A DNA stretch of 19,264 nt, from NCBI GenBank assembly GCA_040225955.1, contig JBECUL010000019.1:15849-35112 (forward strand), read 5' to 3'. This stretch comes from Candidatus Asgardarchaeum abyssi (GTDB lineage: Archaea; Asgardarchaeota; Asgardarchaeia; Asgardarchaeales; Asgardarchaeaceae). Shown piece by piece: positions 7,097 through 16,818 of this stretch. The translations under genes were made by a program, and so were the position numbers. Position 1 is the stretch's first letter. Each line of letters begins with the position of its first letter. The notes beneath the pieces were generated by a model. It did no database searches. It saw only the letters and a program-made list of their open reading frames with translations, and was not told the DNA's origin.

Positions 7097-9924
7097 GTGC
7101 TTTTTGGCGAGATAAAATTAAAGCATTTCTTCATGATCCACCTGATAAAGCACTATATTTAGTTAGGTCGGATGAGGATAAGCTTGGGCATGAAGATAGA
7201 CGTGACAAAATACTGCAAGTTTTAAATTTAAAATATGATATACCTAGCGAGTTTGATTATGTTTCATCATCACTTCAAAGAATAAGTGTAAAAACCGCAG
7301 ACGAAGCATGGATAGATTTTACTAGAACTGAAAGGGAAAAGAGGCCTTATTTTATTCACACAATATCCGCTGTTACGAAAAATTATAAAGAAATTAATGA
7401 TACCATCATTGGCGTATATAAATCCAAGTTAAAGCTGCTGTTAAAAGATGTTATAGATAGTGAGCTAACTGCAATCTCAAAAATAAAGAAACTTGCTGAA
7501 GAATATTCGCAATCTGAAAATCAATATTACAAACAACTTTATTTGTACATATGGCGTTTTTTCAAAGATTTTTTATTTGATGAGTTAAAAAAGAAGGGGA
7601 TGTCTCAAGAACTTGCAGCTGAGTTGGTTAATCTACCTGCTGATACAAGAACTCCAGATCACACAATATGGGATCATATGGATATAGCCTCTGCGGTGTA
7701 TGGTGCGCTGAAAGAGAAATACCCTGTTTTACTTCTATTTAAAATTTCTCCAGTTCAGTCATTTATTCGAGCTGCACGGAAGGAGAAAGACTTATGGGCT
7801 GGTAGTCATCTGTTAAGCTTTCTAACATTTAAGGCCATGAAGGTAATCATTGATAAATATGGTCCTGATTCCATTATATATCCTCATCTTAGAGGACTTC
7901 CATTTATGGACATTTCTTACTTTAGTCATGCCACTAAGCAAATTGGTTATTATAAGAAAATTATTAAAGAGATTCAAATTGCAAGTATTCCTAATAGATT
8001 TTTAGCACTGATAGGAGTTCAATCGCCAGAGACAATAAATGGCATCGAAGAAGAGATAAAGGAAAATGTAATTGCCTTTTTGAGAGAATTAGGGGAATTC
8101 ACGTTTAAACAATTTATTCAATTAATTCCTGAAAATTATAAAAAAGATGAAAATTATTATCTTAAAAAATATCTTCCAGTAATAGAAAATTATTTTTCTA
8201 TTATAGTTGCTGTATTACCTTTTCCGAGTTTGAGTACAAGCAATTATGAGGAAATAAAACAGTATGTTTTATCAATGGATATTCCAAAAACTTTGAAAGA
8301 TAAATACATTGAATGGATTGAAGTATTAAGTAAGATAAGTGAGTATCCTGCTAGGTACCTTGATCTTTATGGCCTTATTTTTGAAATATTAACTGCCGTG
8401 TTAGCTGCAAAATCCATTAAATTGTCAAAAGGTAGGCAAGAATCTGGTTTTAAGTGTACTGTCTGCGGCGAGCTTGTTGCTATATATGGTGAAGAAAATT
8501 ATAGTACATTTTCTTCATTTTGGAGAGATATTGCAAGTAAAAGTAAAGAACTTGGTCGTTTTAAGTTAAATGAAAAATTATGTCCTATATGCCTAGTTAA
8601 AAGATATTATGCTGATTTATTGGAAAAACAAGTAGTTAGGGATAAAGAATTGAAAGTTGGTTTTGAGAGCGTTGCTAAAATGGCATTATCAAAGAAGGCT
8701 GATAAAATAGGAAAAATATACTATATTGCTTTTGAACAATCCAGCAAATTTGATGATTTCTTTAAGATTTTTAGAGATTTGATGATTAGTGCATCAAAAG
8801 AGAATTTTGATAATGTAATACCCCTTCTCGAGTTGTCTCGCATGGAGGATGAGAGATCTAGGAATCATGAGTGGTACTATATCGAAAAATATGATATTTC
8901 CCGATTTATGAATGATTTAAATATTACAAAACCTCTTAGCAAGGATATAAAGAAGAAATTAGATAAGATTAAAGAAATAATAAGGGAAATACACAGTGAA
9001 ATAACAAGTGACTCAGATCAGCCAAAATATTACGCAATTCTTGTTATTGATGGAGACAACATGGGCAAAATGCTTGTGGGAGATTCTTCAGAAATTAAAA
9101 ATTATACTTCCTATTTACATCATCAAATAGCTAATAGACTACCAGATAACGTAAGAAAAGATATTAAAAGAAAGTTAACTCCATCAATTCATATGGCAAT
9201 TAGCCGGGCTCTCATGTACTTTTCAACAAAAATTGTTCCAACGATAGTAGAAGATAAATACAATGGCGAATTAATATACTCTGGAGGAGATGATATTTTA
9301 GCACTTCTACCTATGGATACTGCTATTAAGTGTGCTTACGAAATTCAAAAGGAATTTAACAAAAACTACGATAATTGGGATTTGCTTCCAGCAAAGACCA
9401 TGAGCGGTGGAATTCTTATCGTACATTATTTACATCCTCTTCAAGATGCACTAGAAAGAGCTAGATATCTTGAAGAAAAAGCAAAAAAGAGTGGAAGGAA
9501 TGCGTTTTTCATAGGTTTCTTGAAAAGAAGTGGTGCATTTAAAATTGCTGGAGCCTCATGGGATATTTTGGGTGAAGGTAGCTTATCTGAAATTGTAAAA
9601 TATCTAAGGAGTGATAAATCCCCAAGAATCTCCAAGAGAATGATTTATGATGTTCTTCAAACAGCAGATGCTCTTAAGAATTTGAATGAAATAGAAGCCT
9701 ATCTAAAATATGAGCTATCAAGACACTTGCTTTATGATAAGGATAAGAAAAAGAAGAAAGTTGAAAATCTCGCCACTGAAATTGTAAAACTGATTAAATA
9801 TATTAGAGATGAAAAAGATCAATGCCAAGGAGAAGAAGATAGTGAGGCTTGTGCGAGAAAATTAAAGTCGTTATTTACATTATTTGAAATTCTTGTCGAT
9901 TCTGATAGCGATCTGGAGGCATAA
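7093..9924 (+). CDS. cas10: Type III-B large subunit Cas10/Cmr2 with HD nuclease motif, Zn finger and palm/cyclase domains
   Basis: FLHDPPDKAL (HD), LPADTRTPDHTIWDH, ISPVQSFIRAARKEKDLWAGSHLLS, CTVC...CPIC, DGDNMGK and YSGGDD (GGDD at 9283-9294). ATG 7093 overlaps the cmr1 stop (ATGA); the ORF track starts at GTG 7081. Confidence 0.97.
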   Translation: MSAFWRDKIKAFLHDPPDKALYLVRSDEDKLGHEDRRDKILQVLNLKYDIPSEFDYVSSSLQRISVKTADEAWIDFTRTEREKRPYFIHTISAVTKNYKEINDTIIGVYKSKLKLLLKDVIDSELTAISKIKKLAEEYSQSENQYYKQLYLYIWRFFKDFLFDELKKKGMSQELAAELVNLPADTRTPDHTIWDHMDIASAVYGALKEKYPVLLLFKISPVQSFIRAARKEKDLWAGSHLLSFLTFKAMKVIIDKYGPDSIIYPHLRGLPFMDISYFSHATKQIGYYKKIIKEIQIASIPNRFLALIGVQSPETINGIEEEIKENVIAFLRELGEFTFKQFIQLIPENYKKDENYYLKKYLPVIENYFSIIVAVLPFPSLSTSNYEEIKQYVLSMDIPKTLKDKYIEWIEVLSKISEYPARYLDLYGLIFEILTAVLAAKSIKLSKGRQESGFKCTVCGELVAIYGEENYSTFSSFWRDIASKSKELGRFKLNEKLCPICLVKRYYADLLEKQVVRDKELKVGFESVAKMALSKKADKIGKIYYIAFEQSSKFDDFFKIFRDLMISASKENFDNVIPLLELSRMEDERSRNHEWYYIEKYDISRFMNDLNITKPLSKDIKKKLDKIKEIIREIHSEITSDSDQPKYYAILVIDGDNMGKMLVGDSSEIKNYTSYLHHQIANRLPDNVRKDIKRKLTPSIHMAISRALMYFSTKIVPTIVEDKYNGELIYSGGDDILALLPMDTAIKCAYEIQKEFNKNYDNWDLLPAKTMSGGILIVHYLHPLQDALERARYLEEKAKKSGRNAFFIGFLKRSGAFKIAGASWDILGEGSLSEIVKYLRSDKSPRISKRMIYDVLQTADALKNLNEIEAYLKYELSRHLLYDKDKKKKKVENLATEIVKLIKYIRDEKDQCQGEEDSEACARKLKSLFTLFEILVDSDSDLEA

Positions 9925-9926
9925 TT

Positions 9927-11012
9927 ATGAAAATGGTATTATATCCATATGATGTTTTAATGTTTAGAGATTTCAGATCTTTTACTGCGGGAGAAGATGT
10001 AATAGCCAAATCAATTTTACCTATGCCTCATACATTAGCAGGTGCAATAAGGACAAAACTTTACTTAGACTATGGTAAAGAAGTGTATGAGCTAATTGGA
10101 TATAAGCGTACTGAACCGAATTTTATGATATATGGAACTTTTCTAAGTATTAATGGTGATGAAATTTTTGCTTTTCCTGCTGATATCGTTGAGTCTAAAG
10201 ATACTGAGAATTCGAAAAGTAAGTTATTTTATGTATATCCTCACAAGCTATATGATTCTGAAGAATATTTATTTTTTGCTGGAAGGTATATTCACTATGA
10301 ACCTGTTTATGATTATTTTCTTACTAAAGAAGGCTTAATTAAGTATCTGCTAGGTGAGTTGAGCGAAAATGATTTAGAGTCTAAAGAGGAAGCAGAAAAG
10401 TATATTATCCCGTCTAATAAAGTATATAGGAAAGAAGAACGTGTTGGAATAGCTCTTGATGAAAATAAGGTTACCAAATATGGATTCTTCTACATTTCAC
10501 AATTTCTTAGATTCGAAGAGAGTGTAGGTATCTCAATATGGCTTGATGACAGAGTTAAGAATTATCTTTCTCGAACTGGTTTTCTTAAAATTGGAGGAGA
10601 AGGGAGACTTGCTAGATATCAGCTTTTTGATGTCTCAGCTAAAGACGTTATTGCTGTAGATGTAAATGAACTGTTAGCGAAAATTGAGAAGAAAAAAAAG
10701 CTAAAAATATACCTTGCCACCCCCCTTGTCATACCCGATAGTGAAAATACCACAGAATATTTGCAAAAATCCCTAGAGAAGGCATTGTATACAAAAATAA
10801 AGAATATCTATCCTCTTGTGGACAAATTGTTACCTGTTGGAGGGTGGGATCTTGCTAGAAATAAGCCGAAAGAAGTAGCATATTCATTATCATCTGGTTC
10901 AATTATATTTGTGGAGTTTGACGGATCTATCAATATTAGTGAGTTTTTCTTTAAGATGGGTAATTTGCAGAAGTTAGGGTATGGATTATGTTTTATTGGA
11001 GTTTGGAGGTGA
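9927..11012 (+). CDS. cmr3: Type III-B Cmr3 (Cas5 group)
   Basis: PYDVLMFRDFRSF, LPMPHTLAGAIRT, EERVGIALD, LKIGGEGR, GGWDLARNKPK and terminal LGYGLC glycine loop. GGAGG RBS upstream. Confidence 0.95.
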   Translation: MKMVLYPYDVLMFRDFRSFTAGEDVIAKSILPMPHTLAGAIRTKLYLDYGKEVYELIGYKRTEPNFMIYGTFLSINGDEIFAFPADIVESKDTENSKSKLFYVYPHKLYDSEEYLFFAGRYIHYEPVYDYFLTKEGLIKYLLGELSENDLESKEEAEKYIIPSNKVYRKEERVGIALDENKVTKYGFFYISQFLRFEESVGISIWLDDRVKNYLSRTGFLKIGGEGRLARYQLFDVSAKDVIAVDVNELLAKIEKKKKLKIYLATPLVIPDSENTTEYLQKSLEKALYTKIKNIYPLVDKLLPVGGWDLARNKPKEVAYSLSSGSIIFVEFDGSINISEFFFKMGNLQKLGYGLCFIGVWR

Positions 11013-11018
11013 TTATAT

Positions 11019-11984
11019 ATGGTAGAAGAAAATGAAAAAGAAAGTGAAAAGAAATTAGTTTTAGGGATATATGCACTATCGCCATTGCACCCTGGAAGTG
11101 GTACTTATATAAATAGCCCTGTAGACCTACCCATTCAAAGGGAGCGGCATACAAACTTTCCAGTAATTTATGGTCAAGGTTTAAAAGGCGTTTTAAGAAA
11201 TGCTTATAGACGACTTAAAAATGATATTGAAAAAGAAGAATCTATCTTTGGTCCTAGACCAGAAAACTCTCGGGAGAAAAGCTTCTCAAGTGCTATAACC
11301 ATATGTGATGCAAAAATACTTCTATTTCCAGTACGCAGCTTAAAAGGGGTTTTTGCATATGTAACATGCCCAAAAGTGATAGAAAGATTCTTTATAGATC
11401 TATATTATTCAGGTTTGATTAAAGAAGAGTTATCTAGTCTTCTTAAAAAAGTTCCAGTAATTAATGAGGATGAAATTATTATTGAAAGTGAGTCATCTCT
11501 ATGTGTGAGTTCTACTGATGATAAGAGCAAAGAACAAGCGAAAGTAGTAGTTCTTGAAGATGTGGTATTGAAGGTTAAAGGGGATACTACTAAACTTCTA
11601 AATGACTTTATACCTTATGTTAGAAACTTGCTTCCAGCAGATATTATAGCTGACAAAAGATTTGCGGTTGTTTCCAACGATTTGTTTGAGCAATTTGTAA
11701 CGATGGCAACTGAAATAAATGCAAGAATAAAAATAAATTATGATACTGGTGTTGTTGAAACTGGAGCTTTATGGTACGAGGAAGATTTGCCATCCGATAC
11801 ATTACTCTACTCATTAATTATCATAGGGAGACCCAAGAAAGAAAACGAAACTATAAAGACGGCAGAAGATATAGCAAATGAGCTAAAGAAAAACTTTAAT
11901 GAGAAACTCGTACAGATTGGTGGAGATGAAACTGTTGGGAAAGGGCTCTGCGTTCTAAAGTTTTGGGAGGGTGAGAAAAAATGA
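11019..11984 (+). CDS. cmr4: Type III-B Cmr4 (target-RNA-cleaving backbone subunit)
   Basis: SPLHPGSG...VDLPIQRERHTNFPVIYGQGLKG, with the catalytic Asp position retained. Also LLFPVRSLKG, GALWYEEDLP and QIGGDETVGKG. GGAGGTGA RBS upstream. Confidence 0.97.
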   Translation: MVEENEKESEKKLVLGIYALSPLHPGSGTYINSPVDLPIQRERHTNFPVIYGQGLKGVLRNAYRRLKNDIEKEESIFGPRPENSREKSFSSAITICDAKILLFPVRSLKGVFAYVTCPKVIERFFIDLYYSGLIKEELSSLLKKVPVINEDEIIIESESSLCVSSTDDKSKEQAKVVVLEDVVLKVKGDTTKLLNDFIPYVRNLLPADIIADKRFAVVSNDLFEQFVTMATEINARIKINYDTGVVETGALWYEEDLPSDTLLYSLIIIGRPKKENETIKTAEDIANELKKNFNEKLVQIGGDETVGKGLCVLKFWEGEKK

Positions 11985-12409
11985 GAACCTTAGAGCAAGA
12001 AAGAGCAAAATATGCATTTGATGTGGTTCATGAGGTGAAAGAAAAAAGTTCTAAAGTACAGGAGAGCTATAATAGCTATTCGAAAAAGGCAGCAGTCCTA
12101 ATTTTGACTAATGGACTTGGGAATACTCTTGCCTATTATAAATCAAAATTCAAAGGAAAGAAGTTTGAGGAACTGGAGGAGGATGATGAAAAAGCATACT
12201 GCTTATTATACAAACATATTAACAATTGGTTATTGAGGAAAATTAATGTTGCAGGTAATTGTGAAAAAGACGTTTTGGAATGGATAATCAAAGACGCCAC
12301 ATCACTACAAGTATACCTACTAACTCGTGAAGTGGTTCTACTATTGAATTGGATTAAGCGGTTTGCAGATGCTGAACTGGAGCGTGAGGAGGAGAGAACC
12401 AGTGGATAA
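11981..12409 (+). CDS. cmr5: Type III-B small subunit Cmr5 (Cas11)
   Basis: MRTLEQERAKYAF, ILTNGLGNTLAY and LLNWIKRFADAEL; 142 aa, helical; ATGA overlap with cmr4. Confidence 0.96.
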   Translation: MRTLEQERAKYAFDVVHEVKEKSSKVQESYNSYSKKAAVLILTNGLGNTLAYYKSKFKGKKFEELEEDDEKAYCLLYKHINNWLLRKINVAGNCEKDVLEWIIKDATSLQVYLLTREVVLLLNWIKRFADAELEREEERTSG

Positions 12410-13286
12410 TAATAGCAGATCAAATACCATTTTTATGCTCTCAAATGAACTTGCTATGATACTTAATAAAGTTAAACCAACAAATTTGAGCCTTTGGTTT
12501 TATAGGTTTGTAAAATTTAGAGAAGAAAGTGAAGGAGTTTATAAACCCTCATTGGAGAACTCAGTTGGTAATAGGCTTAATCTCCCCTCGGAAGCTTATC
12601 AACTTTATAGAAACTATATAAATCTGCTAAAAACTTTAAAACAGCCAACATTCTCTGCTAAGAATATTACCCGTCTTGTTGTAGGTTTAGGCCAAGCTAA
12701 TGTTTTCGAAGTGTCCATAAAACTTCATAGGAACTACGGTTTTCCCTTCATCCCTGGATCGTCACTCAAAGGCATAGCTAAAAGTTATTCTTACATGTTA
12801 TTTAATGAGGTGATAGATAAAAATCTTTCTAAAGAACTGAGAGATATTTTTGATGGGAAAAAAAGCTTAGGTGAGACAAAAATAGATAAAAACGAGTATG
12901 TAACACTTAAGGATAAAACAAAAAGCGTAATTCTGTCATTAGAAGAAGCTCTTGAGATCTTTGGTACACAGACATTAGAAGGCGATATAATATTTTTTGA
13001 TTCGTTCCCTGATCCAGATACTCTTAGCTTAGAATTTGACATTATGGCACCGCACTATGGACCCTATTACGTAGGGGATGCGATTCCAGGAGACTGGCAT
13101 GATCCGACAATAATAAAATTTTTAACCATCAGTAGAGGTGCTAAATTCTATTTCTGGTTATCTTCAAGAAATAACAATAGTAGCTTGTTGAAAAAAGCAG
13201 TTATACTTCTTAAGTGTTCACTATCACAACTAGGAGTAGGGGCGAAGACCGCTTTAGGCTACGGACTGTTTTCTATAGACCAATAA
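12402..13286 (+). CDS. cmr6: Type III-B RAMP protein Cmr6
   Basis: RLVVGLG, LHRNYGFPFIPGSSLKG, FFDSFP, DIMAPHYGPYY, PTIIKFLT and GVGAKTALGYGLF. GTG 12402 follows GAGGAGG and overlaps the cmr5 end, so it is preferred over ATG 12363. Confidence 0.95.
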   Translation: MDNNSRSNTIFMLSNELAMILNKVKPTNLSLWFYRFVKFREESEGVYKPSLENSVGNRLNLPSEAYQLYRNYINLLKTLKQPTFSAKNITRLVVGLGQANVFEVSIKLHRNYGFPFIPGSSLKGIAKSYSYMLFNEVIDKNLSKELRDIFDGKKSLGETKIDKNEYVTLKDKTKSVILSLEEALEIFGTQTLEGDIIFFDSFPDPDTLSLEFDIMAPHYGPYYVGDAIPGDWHDPTIIKFLTISRGAKFYFWLSSRNNNSSLLKKAVILLKCSLSQLGVGAKTALGYGLFSIDQ

Positions 13287-13369
13287 TAATTTTGTAGTAC
13301 CTTTAATTTACATAACCGAATTCTCCTTAGTGTTTTTAGATTATTTGATATCAATTTTGGTGATGTTCA

Positions 13370-15484
13370 ATGAAGAATAAATTGAATGAGAATGCTCTTA
13401 GTGTATTAAGGGCTTTTATTAAGGATAAAATAGTCAAGATTATCAGTGACGGAGATTTAGACGGAATATTTGCCACAGGTTTTCTAGTGATGTACCTTAG
13501 GAGTTCAGGTCTGGAGGTCGAATATTTCTATCCTGAGCCAGAGAAAATTAGGGGTTTAGTGGTTCAAGATTCTATTCTCGTAGAGCTTCCATTGACTAAA
13601 GGACTGACATATAAAGGTAAAAACTTGCTTTTTGATCATCACAATGGTCCTGCTAGAGTAGAATTATTTAATGAAAGCAATGTGGTAAAACGTATTGTTT
13701 TTCCAGACTGTAGAAGTGTTGCACAGCTAGTACGCGAAGCTCTTGGAATTGGTGTTGATAATGAGCTTTTAGAAGCAGTAAATGATATAGATAGTGGCGT
13801 ATACAGAACAAAAATTGCTAAGGATTTGCATAAGGCGTATTTGCTTAACATTTCTAGTAAGGAAATGAGAGAGTTTCTTACAGAGGCTGTTGCTAATGAA
13901 GAATGGTCAAAGATTTCAAAGTGGGCTTCAGAGGAGAGTAAAAAGTGGAAATATGTAGAGGATAAGGTTAGTGATATCATTAAGAATGTTAATATTATAA
14001 TACCTAGAGTTGCAGTTTTTACATATTATGAACAAAATGATATTGAAAGAGCTGCCAGAACTGAAGCCATGCTAAAATTAGAAGACCAGTACGATATTGT
14101 TGTATCGATTGGATTAAATGACAAGCACCAAGCAATTTCGGCTAGAATAGCAACTAAAAGAGACATTGACTTATCTGGAGTCTATCAACAATTGAGGGGA
14201 TTGGGATATACAGCTGGCGGACGAAAGAACGTTGGAGGTGTGCAATTTAATAATGAGAATCTCGATAATATTCTAAAGGTTCTTAAAAAGATAAGGTGGC
14301 CTATATCCAATTCTGACCCTTCTTTTGATGTTATTTACGCAGAGCCTTCTCTTAATATATTCTATCCAGACACTTTCTACTTACTCCCAGATGCTATGCG
14401 TGAAATCGATTATATTGGTGTAATAAAAATTACAGATAGTAAGAATAATAACGATTATTTATTGTATACGCTTGAGGAAGTCTCTAAATCGGGTGAAGAG
14501 TCTAAAAATATAGTTGACTTGGTAACTGGTATGAGACCTATTTTTTGGTATAAAGGTCAGCAACGTAAATTGGATGGAATACCATGTCTCTCAAATCTTA
14601 AAATACTTTATAGTGAAACAAAAAACAAAGCTGAAAATATAAAACCCTCATTTATTAAAGCTCTTGAAATAGATGCAGAGATTCACAATTTAATATACTA
14701 TGCTTTATTCTTTCTTTCAAAAGAAAATACAGAAAAAGTCTTGGATGATATTAAAAACAGTTATGGGGCGTGTCAAGTTTCGGAACCAATAGATATTTTT
14801 TCTAAATTTCTTGCAAATAAAGCTGAAATGTTTCTTAATATGTTCTTTAAAAAAGCCGAGAAAGAGATAATAATACCAGATATATCTAAAATTGACCCTA
14901 ATATACAGTGGGACGATATTTTTACAATCATTGCAGAGGATCTTAAACTGAGAAAAGAGGATGAATTGTCTATTTTATTTTTAGTTCAGTCTATCGGAAA
15001 GGAAACAATTGCGTATAAAGAAAGAGTGAATCATCAGAAAAATTGCATTCAGAATATAGTTGAAAAACTTAAAGATAAGGCCAGAATAAAAGTTTTTCTG
15101 GTTTCTAATAATCGTATAAATGAGCAAGTAGAGCGTATTAAAGAAATCCTGAAGGAAGATTTGAATATACCTATAGATGTCATTGACGAGGAGGTATTGA
15201 AAAAAGGCAAATTTGAAAGAATTAGAGAAGGGAAAGTAGTGGTTATAATTCTTTCTGACTATAAAAAGGATAGTATCTTTGCAATATTAAAGACTCTTTC
15301 ATCTACATCATGTTTAGTAGTTGTACCTGAATCAAGAATAGAACCTAAAAATACTAAGTCTATAGGCAAGCACCAGAAAAAGCTTCTGTATCCAGAACAT
15401 AAGTATTTTGAAGGGGCCTTATATGAAAATAGAGTGTTATATATATCTATGTCTGAACTTATCAAATTGAAAGCTATTAGGTGA
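13370..15484 (+). CDS. CRISPR-associated DHH/DHHA1 phosphoesterase (aa ~1-309) fused to an unknown middle region and a putative divergent CARF-like C-terminal domain (aa ~534-704)
   Basis: DHH motifs: DGDLDG, LVELP, FDHHNG, VNDIDSG, and DHHA1-type AGGRKNVGG. The C-terminal beta/alpha pattern (ILFLVQSIG / KVFLVSN / IPIDVI / VVVIILSDYKK / LVVVPE) is reminiscent of CARF. GGTGA RBS at 13359-13363. The DHH call is strong; the CARF call is by eye only. Confidence 0.8.
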   Translation: MKNKLNENALSVLRAFIKDKIVKIISDGDLDGIFATGFLVMYLRSSGLEVEYFYPEPEKIRGLVVQDSILVELPLTKGLTYKGKNLLFDHHNGPARVELFNESNVVKRIVFPDCRSVAQLVREALGIGVDNELLEAVNDIDSGVYRTKIAKDLHKAYLLNISSKEMREFLTEAVANEEWSKISKWASEESKKWKYVEDKVSDIIKNVNIIIPRVAVFTYYEQNDIERAARTEAMLKLEDQYDIVVSIGLNDKHQAISARIATKRDIDLSGVYQQLRGLGYTAGGRKNVGGVQFNNENLDNILKVLKKIRWPISNSDPSFDVIYAEPSLNIFYPDTFYLLPDAMREIDYIGVIKITDSKNNNDYLLYTLEEVSKSGEESKNIVDLVTGMRPIFWYKGQQRKLDGIPCLSNLKILYSETKNKAENIKPSFIKALEIDAEIHNLIYYALFFLSKENTEKVLDDIKNSYGACQVSEPIDIFSKFLANKAEMFLNMFFKKAEKEIIIPDISKIDPNIQWDDIFTIIAEDLKLRKEDELSILFLVQSIGKETIAYKERVNHQKNCIQNIVEKLKDKARIKVFLVSNNRINEQVERIKEILKEDLNIPIDVIDEEVLKKGKFERIREGKVVVIILSDYKKDSIFAILKTLSSTSCLVVVPESRIEPKNTKSIGKHQKKLLYPEHKYFEGALYENRVLYISMSELIKLKAIR

Positions 15485-16797
15485 GTATAGTGGATATTTC
15501 TAATATGGAAATTTACCTTAATTTAAAAATTAGAATGGGTGCGCGTGAATTTCTTAGAAAATTTATAAGTTTGTCGTCTAGCTATATGTTTAGCCCACGG
15601 ATAGGAAAAGAAATAAATGATGAAAATCTCCAATTGGCTATAATGTATGATAGAAATACTTATCAAAAAATTCTAGCATTAGATATCTATGGCAAAGACA
15701 ATGGAGTCGAAGGATATAAGCCTGGAAGGACATTTGCACTTTTGAAGTACCTATCAGTTAATCCAATGGCCTTTTATATAGCCATTACCTCAAGGATTGT
15801 AAAAGATACAAAAGAAGCTTGGGCTCCAAAATATCTTTCATGGGCCCATCGTTCCGCGAAGAAAATGACACCCCTTATAAAATATTGTGATCTTTATTGC
15901 AATTCACAAGAGTATAATGTTTATCAAGATATAGAATCAGTAGCATTAACTCTAGCTGCTCTTACATCGGGAGTTCATAGGAATGCTTTATCCTTAAGAC
16001 AAGTAGCAACACAATGGGTCGCATTAAAATTAGCTTGTAGTAAGTCAGATAAGATATTACTATCAAAGTTATTAGTAAGTCTCCTTATGGACACATTAAT
16101 ATGGCTTCCTGTTGTCTTAAAGTATAAAGCTGGTGTATATGGCTCGGAGTTTATACATAGCATCGCAGCATCGTTTCTTATTGGACTTACTCGACTTTCG
16201 GAACAGAAAATTAATTTCTTAAAAGAAAACCTTAGGGGGCTTGAAGAGTGGATAACAACCATGAAATATAAAAGTTATTCGCAAGCCGTAGTTTCTATAT
16301 CTAATAAGATAAAATGCATTTTAAGCACATGTATAAAAAGCGACTTAGACCCTCTTTTAGGTCGTCTTGCAGTTTTAGATTCAAAAACTATATGGAAAGA
16401 AAAACTAGAAAAATTGGAGAAAAATAAATATAGGCAAGTAGCGTTATTGCTCACAGAGCAGAGCGGACCAGCTCAGATAGTGTTTCTTTTAGAAAAGTTA
16501 AAAGATTACTTATCAGGAAATGTTAAATTGATCCTATTCTACACTCAACAGACGTTATGGAACAGACTCTTAATTTCCGATATGGAAAAAATAATAGAAG
16601 AACTATTAAGGGATATTAATGTACACGTTACTGATAAAGTAAAATATATTCCCATTGCAACAGCGTCGCCTTTGCTAATCAGAAAGATAATATCCTCATG
16701 CGATTTTAAAGACACATTAGTATTAATACAAGGACCACTTATACCATCTATCCTCCTCGTCCTATATTCTGAAAAGGACAATAGTATATTAATCTAA
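15481..16797 (+). CDS. CRISPR-associated hypothetical protein: helical N-terminal region plus a putative CARF-like C-terminal domain (aa ~318-438)
   Basis: 438-aa ORF whose GTG start overlaps the upstream TGA (GTGA). The C-terminal pattern VALLLTEQSGP / KLILFYTQQT / KVKYIPI / TLVLIQGPLIPSILL follows the CARF Rossmann strand order. Coding status is confident; function is not. Confidence 0.7.
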   Translation: MSIVDISNMEIYLNLKIRMGAREFLRKFISLSSSYMFSPRIGKEINDENLQLAIMYDRNTYQKILALDIYGKDNGVEGYKPGRTFALLKYLSVNPMAFYIAITSRIVKDTKEAWAPKYLSWAHRSAKKMTPLIKYCDLYCNSQEYNVYQDIESVALTLAALTSGVHRNALSLRQVATQWVALKLACSKSDKILLSKLLVSLLMDTLIWLPVVLKYKAGVYGSEFIHSIAASFLIGLTRLSEQKINFLKENLRGLEEWITTMKYKSYSQAVVSISNKIKCILSTCIKSDLDPLLGRLAVLDSKTIWKEKLEKLEKNKYRQVALLLTEQSGPAQIVFLLEKLKDYLSGNVKLILFYTQQTLWNRLLISDMEKIIEELLRDINVHVTDKVKYIPIATASPLLIRKIISSCDFKDTLVLIQGPLIPSILLVLYSEKDNSILI

Positions 16798-16818
16798 TCG
16801 ATTTATAAACAAAGATAT

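Noticed and set aside
7093-7300. Inactive Cas10 HD domain
   Set aside because: The LHDPPDKAL...H...D..SS..QR pattern matches my recollection of the nuclease-active Pyrococcus Cmr2 N-terminus, so there is no evidence of loss.
13370-15484. Calling the locus a standard CorA/NrN SAM-AMP system
   Set aside because: There is no CorA-like membrane gene in the window, and the DHH protein carries a long extra region with a CARF-like end. The Cas10 product cannot be determined by eye.
6052-16781. Short antisense or alternate-frame ORFs inside the cmr and accessory genes (6052-6423, 9441-9635, 10153-10338, 12136-12423, 12791-13042, 13639-13980, 15259-15465, 15975-16262, 16545-16781)
   Set aside because: They are shadow ORFs overlapping well-supported genes, with Ser/Leu/Phe/Ile-rich composition and no motifs.
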